DNA of 64,000 nt. Origin: a phage. The position numbers and the translations under genes were made by a program. The stretch lies in the NCBI GenBank assembly GCA_018296565.1, contig GCA_018296565.1_3935.1; one strand, written 5' to 3'. The notes beneath the pieces are model-generated. The model did no database searches. It was given only the letters and a program-made list of their open reading frames with translations, and was not told where the DNA came from. Below, in pieces: positions 25,925 through 33,974 of this stretch (position 1 is the first letter of the stretch; the number at the start of each line of letters is the position of its first letter).

Positions 25925-26329
25925 ATGAAACTTTGTAGAAAATGTTCTCAAGAAAAACCTTTAAGTTGCTTTCATAAAAGAGGGAATGGCTATCAGTCTG
26001 CTTGCAAAGATTGTAAAGCTAAGTACTCGGCAAAGAGATACAAAGAAGACCCTACTTATAAAGCAAAAAGAAAAGTTAGAGCAAAATATGACAAAAAGAG
26101 GAACAGAGAGTTCCTTAGTAGATATAAAAAGTTTTGCAAATGCAGATTATGTGGCGAATCTGAGCCAGTAGCTTTGGATTTTCATCACTTAGACCCTAAA
26201 GAGAAAGATTTTGCTCCAAGCAATCTTAAAACTTACTCTAGAGGAACTATTAAGCGTGAAGTCCGTAAGTGTGTTGTGCTTTGTTCAAACTGTCATAGAA
26301 AAGTTCATGCAGGGCTGTTAAGTATTTAA
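25925..26329 (+). CDS. HNH homing endonuclease
   Basis: Cys-rich N-terminus and LDFHHLDP ... CSNCHRKVH HNH motif; embedded in tRNA array. Confidence 0.7.
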   Translation: MKLCRKCSQEKPLSCFHKRGNGYQSACKDCKAKYSAKRYKEDPTYKAKRKVRAKYDKKRNREFLSRYKKFCKCRLCGESEPVALDFHHLDPKEKDFAPSNLKTYSRGTIKREVRKCVVLCSNCHRKVHAGLLSI

Positions 26330-26342
26330 CAGTCTTATTAGG

Positions 26343-26430
26343 GGTAGGTAGCGGCTAATGGTAGCCAAACTGTCTTGAAAACAGTTGCCACTGTAGAGAT
26401 ACGGTGAGGGTTCGACTCCTTTACTTACCG
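26343..26430 (+). tRNA. tRNA-Ser (anticodon TGA), long variable arm, CCA not encoded
   Basis: Anticodon stem actgt/acagt, loop cttgaaa, long variable arm, T-arm gagggttcgactccttt, discriminator G. Confidence 0.7.
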
Positions 26431-26582
26431 CCTAATAAGATTTAAAGCCAAGCTTCATTCGGATGTTGCTTTGGTATCCCTCGTGTATTGTCGTACACAC
26501 TGATAAAGCACCTAGTAGGTGTCACGGAGAAGAGATAATATCAAGCTCTCCAAAGGTTCTAGTCACCGGATTAAACAAGACT

Positions 26583-26606
26583 ATGCAAAGACCAAATTAG
26601 GTCTTT
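26583..26606 (+). terminator. terminator-like hairpin with T-run
   Basis: aagaccaaattaggtctt followed by TTTT. Confidence 0.4.
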
Positions 26607-26687
26607 TTAGAGGGCTTCTAAGGTTATTACAGCTTGTTGTGGAACATTGTTGCTTAGGTTCTTAGAAGTTCTCTAAAAAGATTTAAT

Positions 26688-26765
26688 GGGAGATTGACGG
26701 TAATTGGTAAACCTACCATCCTTAGAAGTTGGTGTTTGAGGGTTCGAATCCCTTGTCTCCTACCA
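26688..26765 (+). tRNA. tRNA with anticodon TAG (Leu by anticodon) but short variable arm
   Basis: Acceptor gggagat/gtctcct with G-U pairs, anticodon loop cttagaa, T-arm gagggttcgaatccctt, A73, CCA; variable arm only 5 nt. Confidence 0.55.
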
Positions 26766-26772
26766 AATTAAT

Positions 26773-26848
26773 GCAGGTGTAGCAAAATGGTTATGCGGCT
26801 GACTCTTAATCAGTAAGACGATGGGTTCAATTCCCTCCACCTGTACCA
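26773..26848 (+). tRNA. tRNA-Lys (anticodon CTT)
   Basis: Close paralog of the 25134 tRNA; anticodon loop ctcttaa. Confidence 0.7.
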
Positions 26849-26854
26849 GACATT

Positions 26855-26930
26855 GGGGATGTAGTTTACATGGTTAAAACATAAGTTTTGCAAACTTAAG
26901 TACAGGGTTCAATTCCCTGCTTCTCCACCA
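26855..26930 (+). tRNA. tRNA-Ala (anticodon TGC)
   Basis: G3-U70 wobble pair in acceptor stem, anticodon stem taagt/actta, loop tttgcaa, CCA. Confidence 0.75.
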
Positions 26931-26936
26931 ATTAGT

Positions 26937-27011
26937 GCATCCATAGTTTAAACGGGAAAATTACAGTCTTCCAAACTGAGGTTGAGGGTTCGATTCCCTC
27001 TGGATGCTCCA
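26937..27011 (+). tRNA. tRNA-Gly (anticodon TCC)
   Basis: Acceptor gcatcca/tggatgc, anticodon loop cttccaa, T-arm gagggttcgattccctc, CCA. Confidence 0.7.
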
Positions 27012-27017
27012 AACAAT

Positions 27018-27094
27018 GCTGCTTTCGTATAATTGGCTATTACACATCCCTTGTAAGGATGGAAATGCAGGTTCGAGTCCTGTGAGCAGCACCA
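27018..27094 (+). tRNA. tRNA-Thr (anticodon TGT)
   Basis: Anticodon stem catcc/ggatg, loop cttgtaa, T-arm gcaggttcgagtcctgt, CCA. Confidence 0.75.
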
Positions 27095-27190
27095 ATTCAG
27101 AGGTCAAGTGAAAGACCGCTTTGAGTCAACTGAAGACCGTAACAAATTCCACGGAGTTGAGTTAGCGGCACAACTCCAGACCTCTTTCAT

Positions 27191-27265
27191 ACTCGCTTAG
27201 TTTATATGGTAAAACATCACCCTTACAAGATGAAGAAAAAGGTTCAAGTCCTTTAGTGAGTACCA
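27191..27265 (+). tRNA. tRNA-Val (anticodon TAC)
   Basis: D-stem gttt/aaac, anticodon loop cttacaa, T-arm aaaggttcaagtccttt, CCA. Confidence 0.7.
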
Positions 27266-27266
27266 T

Positions 27267-27344
27267 GTTCCAGTATCCCAATTGGCAGAGGATGCAAGCT
27301 CAAACCTTGTACTAGTGACGGTTCGAATCCGTCTTGGAACACCA
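27267..27344 (+). tRNA. tRNA with anticodon CAA (Leu by anticodon) but short variable arm
   Basis: Acceptor gttccag/ttggaac, anticodon stem gcaag/cttgt, loop ctcaaac, T-arm gacggttcgaatccgtc, A73, CCA. Confidence 0.55.
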
Positions 27345-27349
27345 ATTTT

Positions 27350-27425
27350 GCAGGATTAGTTCAAATGGATAGAGCAACAGTCTACGAAGCTGTTAATAGG
27401 GGTTCGAATCCCTTATCCTGCGCCA
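27350..27425 (+). tRNA. tRNA-Arg (anticodon ACG)
   Basis: Perfect acceptor gcaggat/atcctgc, anticodon loop ctacgaa, T-arm aggggttcgaatccctt, CCA. Confidence 0.75.
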
Positions 27426-27443
27426 GATAAGCAAGAGGAATTT

Positions 27444-27686
27444 ATGCAAACATTAATCGTCGTTGAACATGAAAATCCCAATAGTATTGAGTTTGTAAGG
27501 GTTCCCACTATAGATACTCACATTTTCTTGAAAGTCGGATGGGAATGCGACCCGATAAAAGTAGGAAAATTTCTTGGTCATTACTTTGGTGGAAGACAAT
27601 TTAAAAGTATCAATTTTGAGACAGTATTACCAGAAAACTCAGAAACAGACAATAATACTTACCTCCTTACGAGGATTAGACAATGA
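27444..27686 (+). CDS. hypothetical small protein (inside tRNA array)
   Basis: AAGAGGA RBS, ATG start, 80 aa. Confidence 0.5.
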   Translation: MQTLIVVEHENPNSIEFVRVPTIDTHIFLKVGWECDPIKVGKFLGHYFGGRQFKSINFETVLPENSETDNNTYLLTRIRQ

Positions 27687-28240
27687 GATACTTAAAATAT
27701 GTTTCATGGATTTTCTTAGCTTTGTTAGAACCATTTGCAGCAACACTAGCAGTCATCTTAGCACCTTTCGTAGTTCCATTCTACAGTGAGAAGAAAGGGC
27801 ATCTACCTTTTGGATTCAGATGGATGGAGACCTATGACAACCCTATTGATGGTGACAAAGGCCACGTTGAGAGATGGGCTAAGATTAGAAAGATTGGTAA
27901 GCTTGGTGTCTACATGCAGAGAGTTGGATGGCTCTGGAGAAACAAAGCTTATAACTTCTCTTACCATGTATTAGGAAGAGATGTAAAAGACGTTACTAAG
28001 TGGAAAGGTAATATCAACGTAAGTTCTAACCCTGAAGATAATCAAACAGGTTATCTCCTAATGTGGAACAGTAATGCTTGGGGATTATTCGCTTTTATTC
28101 CATCAATTAAAATCTTTGGTAAACAGTTTTACTGGAGAATTTATATTGGATGGAAACTTAAAAGTGTTGTCCCAGAAGAAAGAGCATTCTCAAGGGAAAG
28201 AGTTATGTTGGCATTCTTTATTCATCCACTGAGAAAGTAA
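27683..28240 (+). CDS. hypothetical membrane-anchored protein (inside tRNA array)
   Basis: N-terminal hydrophobic segment WIFLALLEPFAATLAVILAPFVVPF; 185 aa. Confidence 0.5.
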   Translation: MRYLKYVSWIFLALLEPFAATLAVILAPFVVPFYSEKKGHLPFGFRWMETYDNPIDGDKGHVERWAKIRKIGKLGVYMQRVGWLWRNKAYNFSYHVLGRDVKDVTKWKGNINVSSNPEDNQTGYLLMWNSNAWGLFAFIPSIKIFGKQFYWRIYIGWKLKSVVPEERAFSRERVMLAFFIHPLRK

Positions 28241-28248
28241 AGATTTAA

Positions 28249-28324
28249 AGGGGATTAGTTTACAAGGTTAAAACCTCGGTCTTTGAAATCGAAGAAGTTG
28301 GTTCAATTCCAACATCCCCCGCCA
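28249..28324 (+). tRNA. tRNA-Gln (anticodon TTG)
   Basis: Anticodon loop ctttgaa, unpaired position 1-72 (A-C), T-arm gttggttcaattccaac, CCA. Confidence 0.7.
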
Positions 28325-28326
28325 AT

Positions 28327-28405
28327 GCTCCATTACTCCAATTGGCAGAGAGGCCAGACTTAAAATCTGTGTTATGTATCGGTTCGAATCCGATATGGAG
28401 TACCA
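28327..28405 (+). tRNA. tRNA with anticodon TAA (Leu by anticodon), variable arm about 7 nt
   Basis: Acceptor gctccat/atggagt, anticodon loop cttaaaa, T-arm atcggttcgaatccgat, A73, CCA. Confidence 0.55.
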
Positions 28406-28410
28406 AATTT

Positions 28411-28486
28411 AGCGGTATAGCATAACTGGCAATGCAACAGTCTCTGAAGCTGTCCTATTAAGGTTCAAATCCTTATGCCGCTGCCA
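28411..28486 (+). tRNA. tRNA-Gln (anticodon CTG)
   Basis: D-stem gcat/atgc, anticodon stem acagt/gctgt, loop ctctgaa, T-arm taaggttcaaatcctta, CCA. Confidence 0.7.
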
Positions 28487-28517
28487 CTTCTAAGGATTCT
28501 TACGAGAGTCCTTAAAT

Positions 28518-28593
28518 GTGGCCTTATCATAAAAGGTAATGACCCATGCTGTGAACATGGTCTATACGGGTTCAAATCCCGTAGGTCACCCCA
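28518..28593 (+). tRNA. tRNA-His (anticodon GTG)
   Basis: D-stem tcat/atga, anticodon stem ccatg/catgg, loop ctgtgaa, T-arm acgggttcaaatcccgt, CCA. Confidence 0.7.
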
Positions 28594-28598
28594 ATTTA

Positions 28599-28675
28599 TA
28601 GTCCAAGTAGCTTATATGGTTAAAGCGCGTGTCTGAAAAACATGAGAAGAGGGTTCAAATCCCACTGGACTACCA
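28599..28675 (+). tRNA. tRNA-Phe (anticodon GAA), ends approximate
   Basis: D-stem gctt/aagc, anticodon stem cgtgt/acatg, loop ctgaaaa, T-loop ttcaaat; acceptor register ambiguous. Confidence 0.55.
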
Positions 28676-28691
28676 ATTTCAAAGGTGCTTA

Positions 28692-29426
28692 ATGAAAGAG
28701 ATGACAGAACAAGGTAAGGAGATTTTTAATCTCTTAAAAACCGGTAAAGGGTTCTCTAACCCACTTATTACTGGTGCAGCAGTTCTCGGTGGAACCGTAG
28801 CTGCTTCTACATCACTTGTAAGCTCTATTAGTTCTGTAACAGACCCTACAATGAAGGAGAAACTTGTTGCTGCTGGACTTACAACAGTCCTTCTAAACAG
28901 CTTTACAACAAGCCTTACAAGCACTACAGCAACTACTAAGACCCTAACAGACTACGGTCAAAAGTCTATTGATGAGTTTTCATCACGTATGCAGGTAGCA
29001 AAGGGGTACTCCAATGTTATGGGTGCAGCAGGAGAACAAGTTGGTTGTACACCATTCAGTGGTATTATGGGTGTTGCTACAGAGTATGGTCAAAAAGCTA
29101 TTGACATGATGAACAGTACACTAGATAGTGTTAATGGTGTGTTAAGTGACTTACAAGATGCTATTGATAAGGGTCTTGATACTGTTTCTGATTTAGCTAA
29201 TCAGGCTGTTAGTAAGATTAATGAAGGTATTTCAAAGATTACAGCTTATGCAGATGAAGTTGTGCAGATGATTGAAGAAGAAGCTGCCCTTATTGCAGAG
29301 TACCTTAAAACGAATATCAATGGGTTCTTAGCAGGTGTCTTACCAGACTGGTTTGATGATGCCTGTAAAACTGGTGTGATTGACACTATTGCAACACCAG
29401 AAATGAAGAGCGCATTACAGAAATAA
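28692..29426 (+). CDS. hypothetical protein (Ser/Thr/Ala-rich)
   Basis: ORF-track start 28629 overlaps tRNA-Phe, so internal ATG at 28692 is preferred. Confidence 0.5.
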   Translation: MKEMTEQGKEIFNLLKTGKGFSNPLITGAAVLGGTVAASTSLVSSISSVTDPTMKEKLVAAGLTTVLLNSFTTSLTSTTATTKTLTDYGQKSIDEFSSRMQVAKGYSNVMGAAGEQVGCTPFSGIMGVATEYGQKAIDMMNSTLDSVNGVLSDLQDAIDKGLDTVSDLANQAVSKINEGISKITAYADEVVQMIEEEAALIAEYLKTNINGFLAGVLPDWFDDACKTGVIDTIATPEMKSALQK

Positions 29427-29428
29427 AT

Positions 29429-29521
29429 GGAAGATTAACCCTAAAAGGTAAGGGAGCAGTTTGCTAAACTGCCAGTAGCTGAGAAATCGGTGTACCAGTT
29501 CAAGTCTGGTATCTTCCTCCA
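29429..29521 (+). tRNA. tRNA-Ser (anticodon GCT), long variable arm
   Basis: Perfect acceptor ggaagat/atcttcc, anticodon stem gcagt/actgc, loop ttgctaa, long variable arm, T-arm accagttcaagtctggt, CCA. Confidence 0.75.
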
Positions 29522-29525
29522 ATTT

Positions 29526-29601
29526 GAATCCGTGACAGAAATGGCCATGTGCCTGTCTGCAAAACAGGTTTATAAGGGTTCGAGTCCCTTCGGATTCTCC
29601 A
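29526..29601 (+). tRNA. tRNA-Cys (anticodon GCA)
   Basis: Acceptor gaatccg/cggattc, anticodon stem cctgt/acagg, loop ctgcaaa, T-arm aagggttcgagtccctt, CCA. Confidence 0.75.
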
Positions 29602-29638
29602 AGTTATTTTACTCTCTCTCAATTAAAATAATAATAAT

Positions 29639-29698
29639 GCCCTGCTATAAGTATTCTTCCTTTCGCTACCGAAGAGTATTTTTAGACAGGGCTTTTTT
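29639..29698 (+). terminator. terminator (extended hairpin plus T-run) after tRNA array
   Basis: gccctg ... cagggc followed by TTTTTT. Confidence 0.55.
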
Positions 29699-29763
29699 AC
29701 AGAGTTATACTTTATAAGAAGGCTTATACAGTATGTCTCTGACGTACATTGTGGTTTCTCCTT

Positions 29764-29787
29764 GACGGTCTCTGTACCGTCTTTTTT
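29764..29787 (+). terminator. rho-independent terminator
   Basis: gacggtctctgtaccgtc followed by TTTTTT. Confidence 0.6.
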
Positions 29788-29823
29788 AAGGAGAAACATG
29801 GTTAATTATTTGGAGAAAACATA

Positions 29824-30024
29824 ATGAGTGAGACCGTTTATAAAGAACTTTATGAAGCTAACAAAAAGCTGGAATTTATGCAGAACACTATCATGGCAAT
29901 TGCAGACAGATTATCTGTAGCAACAGGTATTGATATTAAAGAGGCATCTATGGATGCACTTCTTGATGCTGTTGATGCTAAATTCGAAGTTAAGAAAGAA
30001 GAGACTGCTACAGACTCTGAATAA
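29824..30024 (+). CDS. hypothetical small protein immediately upstream of terminase large subunit (position of a small terminase subunit)
   Basis: 66 aa ORF; call by position only. Confidence 0.35.
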   Translation: MSETVYKELYEANKKLEFMQNTIMAIADRLSVATGIDIKEASMDALLDAVDAKFEVKKEETATDSE

Positions 30025-30045
30025 TTCTATTTGCGGAGGTGCTTA

Positions 30046-31647
30046 ATGGATTTAAATGCTGTTAAGCAGAAGCGAGTGGAAGATGTTAGGAAAGTCCTAG
30101 CTGGAGAGTTGGGGCTTTCTGATGAAGTAAAAGAAATTATCAAATCATTCGGTAAAGACCCCTCTAAATTCCTTCCAACTCAAATTCTGACTTTATTAAG
30201 ATACACACCAGACCAAGTTAGACTTATCTTCAAATTGATGACTGATAAGAACTATGTAGCCCCTCAGCCGGGTTCTCAAGAGGTCTTTTTAAATACTAAT
30301 GCTGACTTGGTTCTTTATGGTGGTGCTGCTGGTGCTGGTAAAACTGCTGCATTGTTAATGGACTCTTTAAGATTTATTGAAGACCCTAACTATAATGCTG
30401 TATATTTCCGTCGAAATACAACACAGTTACAAGGTGGTTTATGGCCTGCTGCAAAGAAACTATTTGGTAAGTTTGGTGGGATTCCTCATGAGCAGAAAAT
30501 GACTATCACATTCCCTTCTGGGGCAACTATCAAGTTTACCTATCTAGAACTTGAAAAGCACGCTGAAGGTCATCAGGGTATTGAATACTCAGCTATTTAC
30601 TTTGACGAAGGTACACACTTCTCTGCTTCACAGATTTCATACCTACAAACCCGTCTACGTTCTGGTGCTGAAGGTGATTCATACATGAAGATTTCCATGA
30701 ACCCAGACAGAGACCACTTTATTTACGATTGGGTAGAACCATTCTTAGATGAAGAAGGTTATCCAGACCCTGAAAAGTGTGGTCGTATTCGTTGGTATGT
30801 AATGAATGATGGTGTGATGGTTTCTGATTGGGAGAGAGACAAGATTCTTGAAATGTTCCCTCTTGAGATTCCTCAAACATACACCTTCATCTCTGGTACG
30901 ATTGACGATAACCCAATTCTTGACTTCTTAGAACCAAAGTATCGCGGTAAGCTTGAAAACAACACTCCTGTAAACGTTGCAAGACTTCGTTTCGGTAACT
31001 GGAAGGCTCGTGCAGAAGGTTCAAACTACTGGCAAAGACAATGGTGTGAGATTGTTGATTCACTCCCAGAAGATGTGTTTGATGTTAGAGCATGGGACTT
31101 AGCAGCAACTTTACCATCTGAGATTAACCCTAATCCAGACTGGACAGCAGGTGTTAAGATGGGTAAATCTAAAAAAGACGGTTGCTATTATATCATTGAT
31201 GTAGTAAGATTTAGAGATAGACCCTCTGGAGTCGAAACACAAATTAATTTGACTGCTGAAAGTGACGGTAAGCGAACTGGTATTTTTATCCCTCAAGACC
31301 CAGGCGCTGCTGGTAAATCCTACGCAACATCCCTCATCAGGAAACTTGCCGAGAAAGGCTATCGTGCAAGAGCTAAACCAACAAATAAAGATAAAGTTAC
31401 CCGATTTGCGGGGTTTTCTGCTGCTTCTGAAGCTGGACTTGTAAAAGTCTTGAGAGGTAGTTGGAATGAAGCTTACTTTCAAGAGCTTGAAGGCTTTTGT
31501 GGTGATGGCAAAACTAAAGATGACCAAGTGGATGCTACCAGTGATGCTTTCAACAGTCTTAACGAAGTTAAATTATTCAAGCCACCATCAATGGGTGCTC
31601 ACACAGACTTAGTGAGAGGAAACCCATATGAGGGGCTTAGACGTTGA
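30046..31647 (+). CDS. terL: terminase large subunit
   Basis: Walker A-like VLYGGAAGAGKTAAL in N-terminal ATPase region, acidic nuclease-like C-terminal region; GGAGG RBS before ATG 30046. Confidence 0.75.
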   Translation: MDLNAVKQKRVEDVRKVLAGELGLSDEVKEIIKSFGKDPSKFLPTQILTLLRYTPDQVRLIFKLMTDKNYVAPQPGSQEVFLNTNADLVLYGGAAGAGKTAALLMDSLRFIEDPNYNAVYFRRNTTQLQGGLWPAAKKLFGKFGGIPHEQKMTITFPSGATIKFTYLELEKHAEGHQGIEYSAIYFDEGTHFSASQISYLQTRLRSGAEGDSYMKISMNPDRDHFIYDWVEPFLDEEGYPDPEKCGRIRWYVMNDGVMVSDWERDKILEMFPLEIPQTYTFISGTIDDNPILDFLEPKYRGKLENNTPVNVARLRFGNWKARAEGSNYWQRQWCEIVDSLPEDVFDVRAWDLAATLPSEINPNPDWTAGVKMGKSKKDGCYYIIDVVRFRDRPSGVETQINLTAESDGKRTGIFIPQDPGAAGKSYATSLIRKLAEKGYRARAKPTNKDKVTRFAGFSAASEAGLVKVLRGSWNEAYFQELEGFCGDGKTKDDQVDATSDAFNSLNEVKLFKPPSMGAHTDLVRGNPYEGLRR

Positions 31648-31664
31648 TAGCTAGGTGAAGAAGA

Positions 31665-33131
31665 ATGGCAGATATTACAGAAACACAAGAAAGCTTACCA
31701 CCATTTAGAATGGGTGAAGTAGGTTCTTTGGGTCTGAAGGTTAAGAATGGAAGAATCTATGAAGAACCTCGTCAGGCACTAAGGTTCCCTGAAAGTATTA
31801 AAACTTTCCAATTAATGATGCGTGACCCTGCTGTAGCAGCATCTGTAAATATTATTAAGATGTTTGTCAGAAAAGTCAACTGGAGATTCGTACCTCCAAA
31901 GGGAAAAGAGCAAGACCCTAAAATGCTTGAAAGAGCAGACTTCTTTAATTCTTTAATGGATGACATGGAGCATGATTGGGCAGATTTTATTAATTCTGTA
32001 ATGTCATTCTGCACTTATGGGTTCTGTGTTAACGAGAAAGTTTATAAGAAGCGACAGGGTAAAAAAGGAAAGTACCAGTCAAAATTTGATGATGGTCTAA
32101 TCGGATGGGCTAAATTACCAATCAGAAACCAATCAACACTTGATAAGTGGTATTTTGACGAAGACTTTAGAAAAGTTACTGGTGTTAGGCAGAATCTGAG
32201 AAATGTTTCACATATTGCTGGAGCAATTAATCTTGGAGAGAGACCATTAACAAGAAAACTTCCACGAGCTAAATTCATGCTGTTTAAGTATGATGATGAA
32301 TATGGAAACCCAGAAGGTCGTTCACCATTACTTAATGCCTATGTACCGTGGAAGTATAAAGTCCAGATTGAAGAGTATGAAGCTGTTGGTGTTTCAAGAG
32401 ACTTGGTAGGTATGCCAAAAATTGGTTTACCACCAGATTATCTGGATGAAAATGCAGAACCTGAAAAGAAAGCTTTCGTACAATACTGCAAAACTGTTGT
32501 TAACGATATGATTGCTAATGATAGAGCAGGTTTAATCTGGCCTAGATATATCGACCCAGATACTAAAGAGGATATTTTTGAGTTCTCATTAGTTTCTAGA
32601 CAGGGTGCTAAAGCATACGATACAGGTTCTATTATTGACAGATATTCCAAGCAGATTATGATGGCATTTATGTCAGATGTTCTTGCTATGGGTCAGTCAA
32701 AATATGGTTCATTCTCTCTTGCAGATTCTAAGACGAGTTTACTAGCAATGTCAGTAGATATTCTGCTGAAGCAAATTAAGAACGTAATTAACCGTGATTT
32801 AGTTGCACAGACTTATGCTCTTAATATGTGGGACGATGAAGAACATGTACAAATCACTTACGATGATATCGAAACTCCAGACCTTGAAGCAATTGGTTCT
32901 TATATTCAGAAGACTGTTGCAGTAGGTGCTTTGGAAGTTGACAAAGAGCTATCTAACAAGCTTAGAGAGCATATTGGTCTTCCTCCTGCTGATGAGTCTC
33001 AGCCAGTATCTGAAAAGCTTTCTCCAAATAGTCAAAGCCGTTCAGGAGATGGTTATAAGACCGCTGGAGAAGGTACTGCAAAGACACCTTCAGCGAAAGA
33101 CCCAAGCACAGCAAATAAGGCAAATAAATAA
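31665..33131 (+). CDS. portal protein
   Basis: 488 aa ORF directly after terminase; size and position. Confidence 0.6.
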   Translation: MADITETQESLPPFRMGEVGSLGLKVKNGRIYEEPRQALRFPESIKTFQLMMRDPAVAASVNIIKMFVRKVNWRFVPPKGKEQDPKMLERADFFNSLMDDMEHDWADFINSVMSFCTYGFCVNEKVYKKRQGKKGKYQSKFDDGLIGWAKLPIRNQSTLDKWYFDEDFRKVTGVRQNLRNVSHIAGAINLGERPLTRKLPRAKFMLFKYDDEYGNPEGRSPLLNAYVPWKYKVQIEEYEAVGVSRDLVGMPKIGLPPDYLDENAEPEKKAFVQYCKTVVNDMIANDRAGLIWPRYIDPDTKEDIFEFSLVSRQGAKAYDTGSIIDRYSKQIMMAFMSDVLAMGQSKYGSFSLADSKTSLLAMSVDILLKQIKNVINRDLVAQTYALNMWDDEEHVQITYDDIETPDLEAIGSYIQKTVAVGALEVDKELSNKLREHIGLPPADESQPVSEKLSPNSQSRSGDGYKTAGEGTAKTPSAKDPSTANKANK

Positions 33132-33631
33132 TGGCTGAAGTTATCTCTATTTCAAATGCTACACGAGTGCATTCGTATAGAGGTGTTCTTATCATCACTG
33201 ACAAATTATCTGTAGAGGCTGGCTCAAGGGTCAGCCTTTCAGGTTATGCAAGTGATGGTGGAACCTCTGACGTTTTCACTATTTGTAGGTTACTTGATGC
33301 ACCAATGAGTGGAAAACCGTTTATTTCAGGAAATTGTAGTGAAATTGTTAAAATTCCATTTGACAGTTCATGCCTTTTGGGTGTAAAGTTATATAACTGC
33401 GAGAATAAACGTATCAATGTTAATAGCATTGAAGCCGCTTTCATTACCCTCGACACTGCATTTCAATCTCCAATGACAGTTAATAAAGAAACAAACAGAC
33501 TTGAGTACATTTTTTCACAAAATGATTACAAAGTACTTGTCAAAGGTAAAGTATATGATATGATTGTAAATGTGGTAGATGAATCTGGTAACCATTCAAC
33601 AGTCCTTAAACAAAAAGTAAGGTTTAATTAA
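33131..33631 (+). CDS. hypothetical protein (head module)
   Basis: ORF, start overlaps portal stop. Confidence 0.5.
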   Translation: MAEVISISNATRVHSYRGVLIITDKLSVEAGSRVSLSGYASDGGTSDVFTICRLLDAPMSGKPFISGNCSEIVKIPFDSSCLLGVKLYNCENKRINVNSIEAAFITLDTAFQSPMTVNKETNRLEYIFSQNDYKVLVKGKVYDMIVNVVDESGNHSTVLKQKVRFN

Positions 33632-33963
33632 TGGGAACATTAACTATTGATGGTAAGAATAAAATCCTCGCCACGCTAACCCCAACGACTATTATTTTAC
33701 ACAATGTAGACCCAACGGCAGACCCTACAGCAAATAAGGTTACTCAGCCAGTGGCTATTTATTTTTCTGAACCGGATAATGGCTTAATTGCCTCAGAAGA
33801 TACAGTTAATATTACTGTTCCAGCTTCTGCAACGGTCTCACACTATAGCTTGTGGGATGCTAACGATAAATGCGTGGCAACTGGTGCTCTTAGCAAACCT
33901 CAATTCTTTACTGAAGAAGGTATCTATGTTATCTCTTCAGTCTCTGTAGATTTAAACAAATAG
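33631..33963 (+). CDS. hypothetical protein (head module)
   Basis: ORF, start overlaps upstream stop. Confidence 0.5.
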   Translation: MGTLTIDGKNKILATLTPTTIILHNVDPTADPTANKVTQPVAIYFSEPDNGLIASEDTVNITVPASATVSHYSLWDANDKCVATGALSKPQFFTEEGIYVISSVSVDLNK

Positions 33964-33974
33964 GGTGAGTAAAA

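Noticed and set aside
25986-26171. ORF 25986-26171 (plus, 61 aa)
   Set aside because: Internal alternative-frame ORF within the HNH endonuclease gene.
29490-29717. ORF 29490-29717 (plus, 75 aa)
   Set aside because: Overlaps tRNA-Ser(GCT), tRNA-Cys and the following terminator; spurious.
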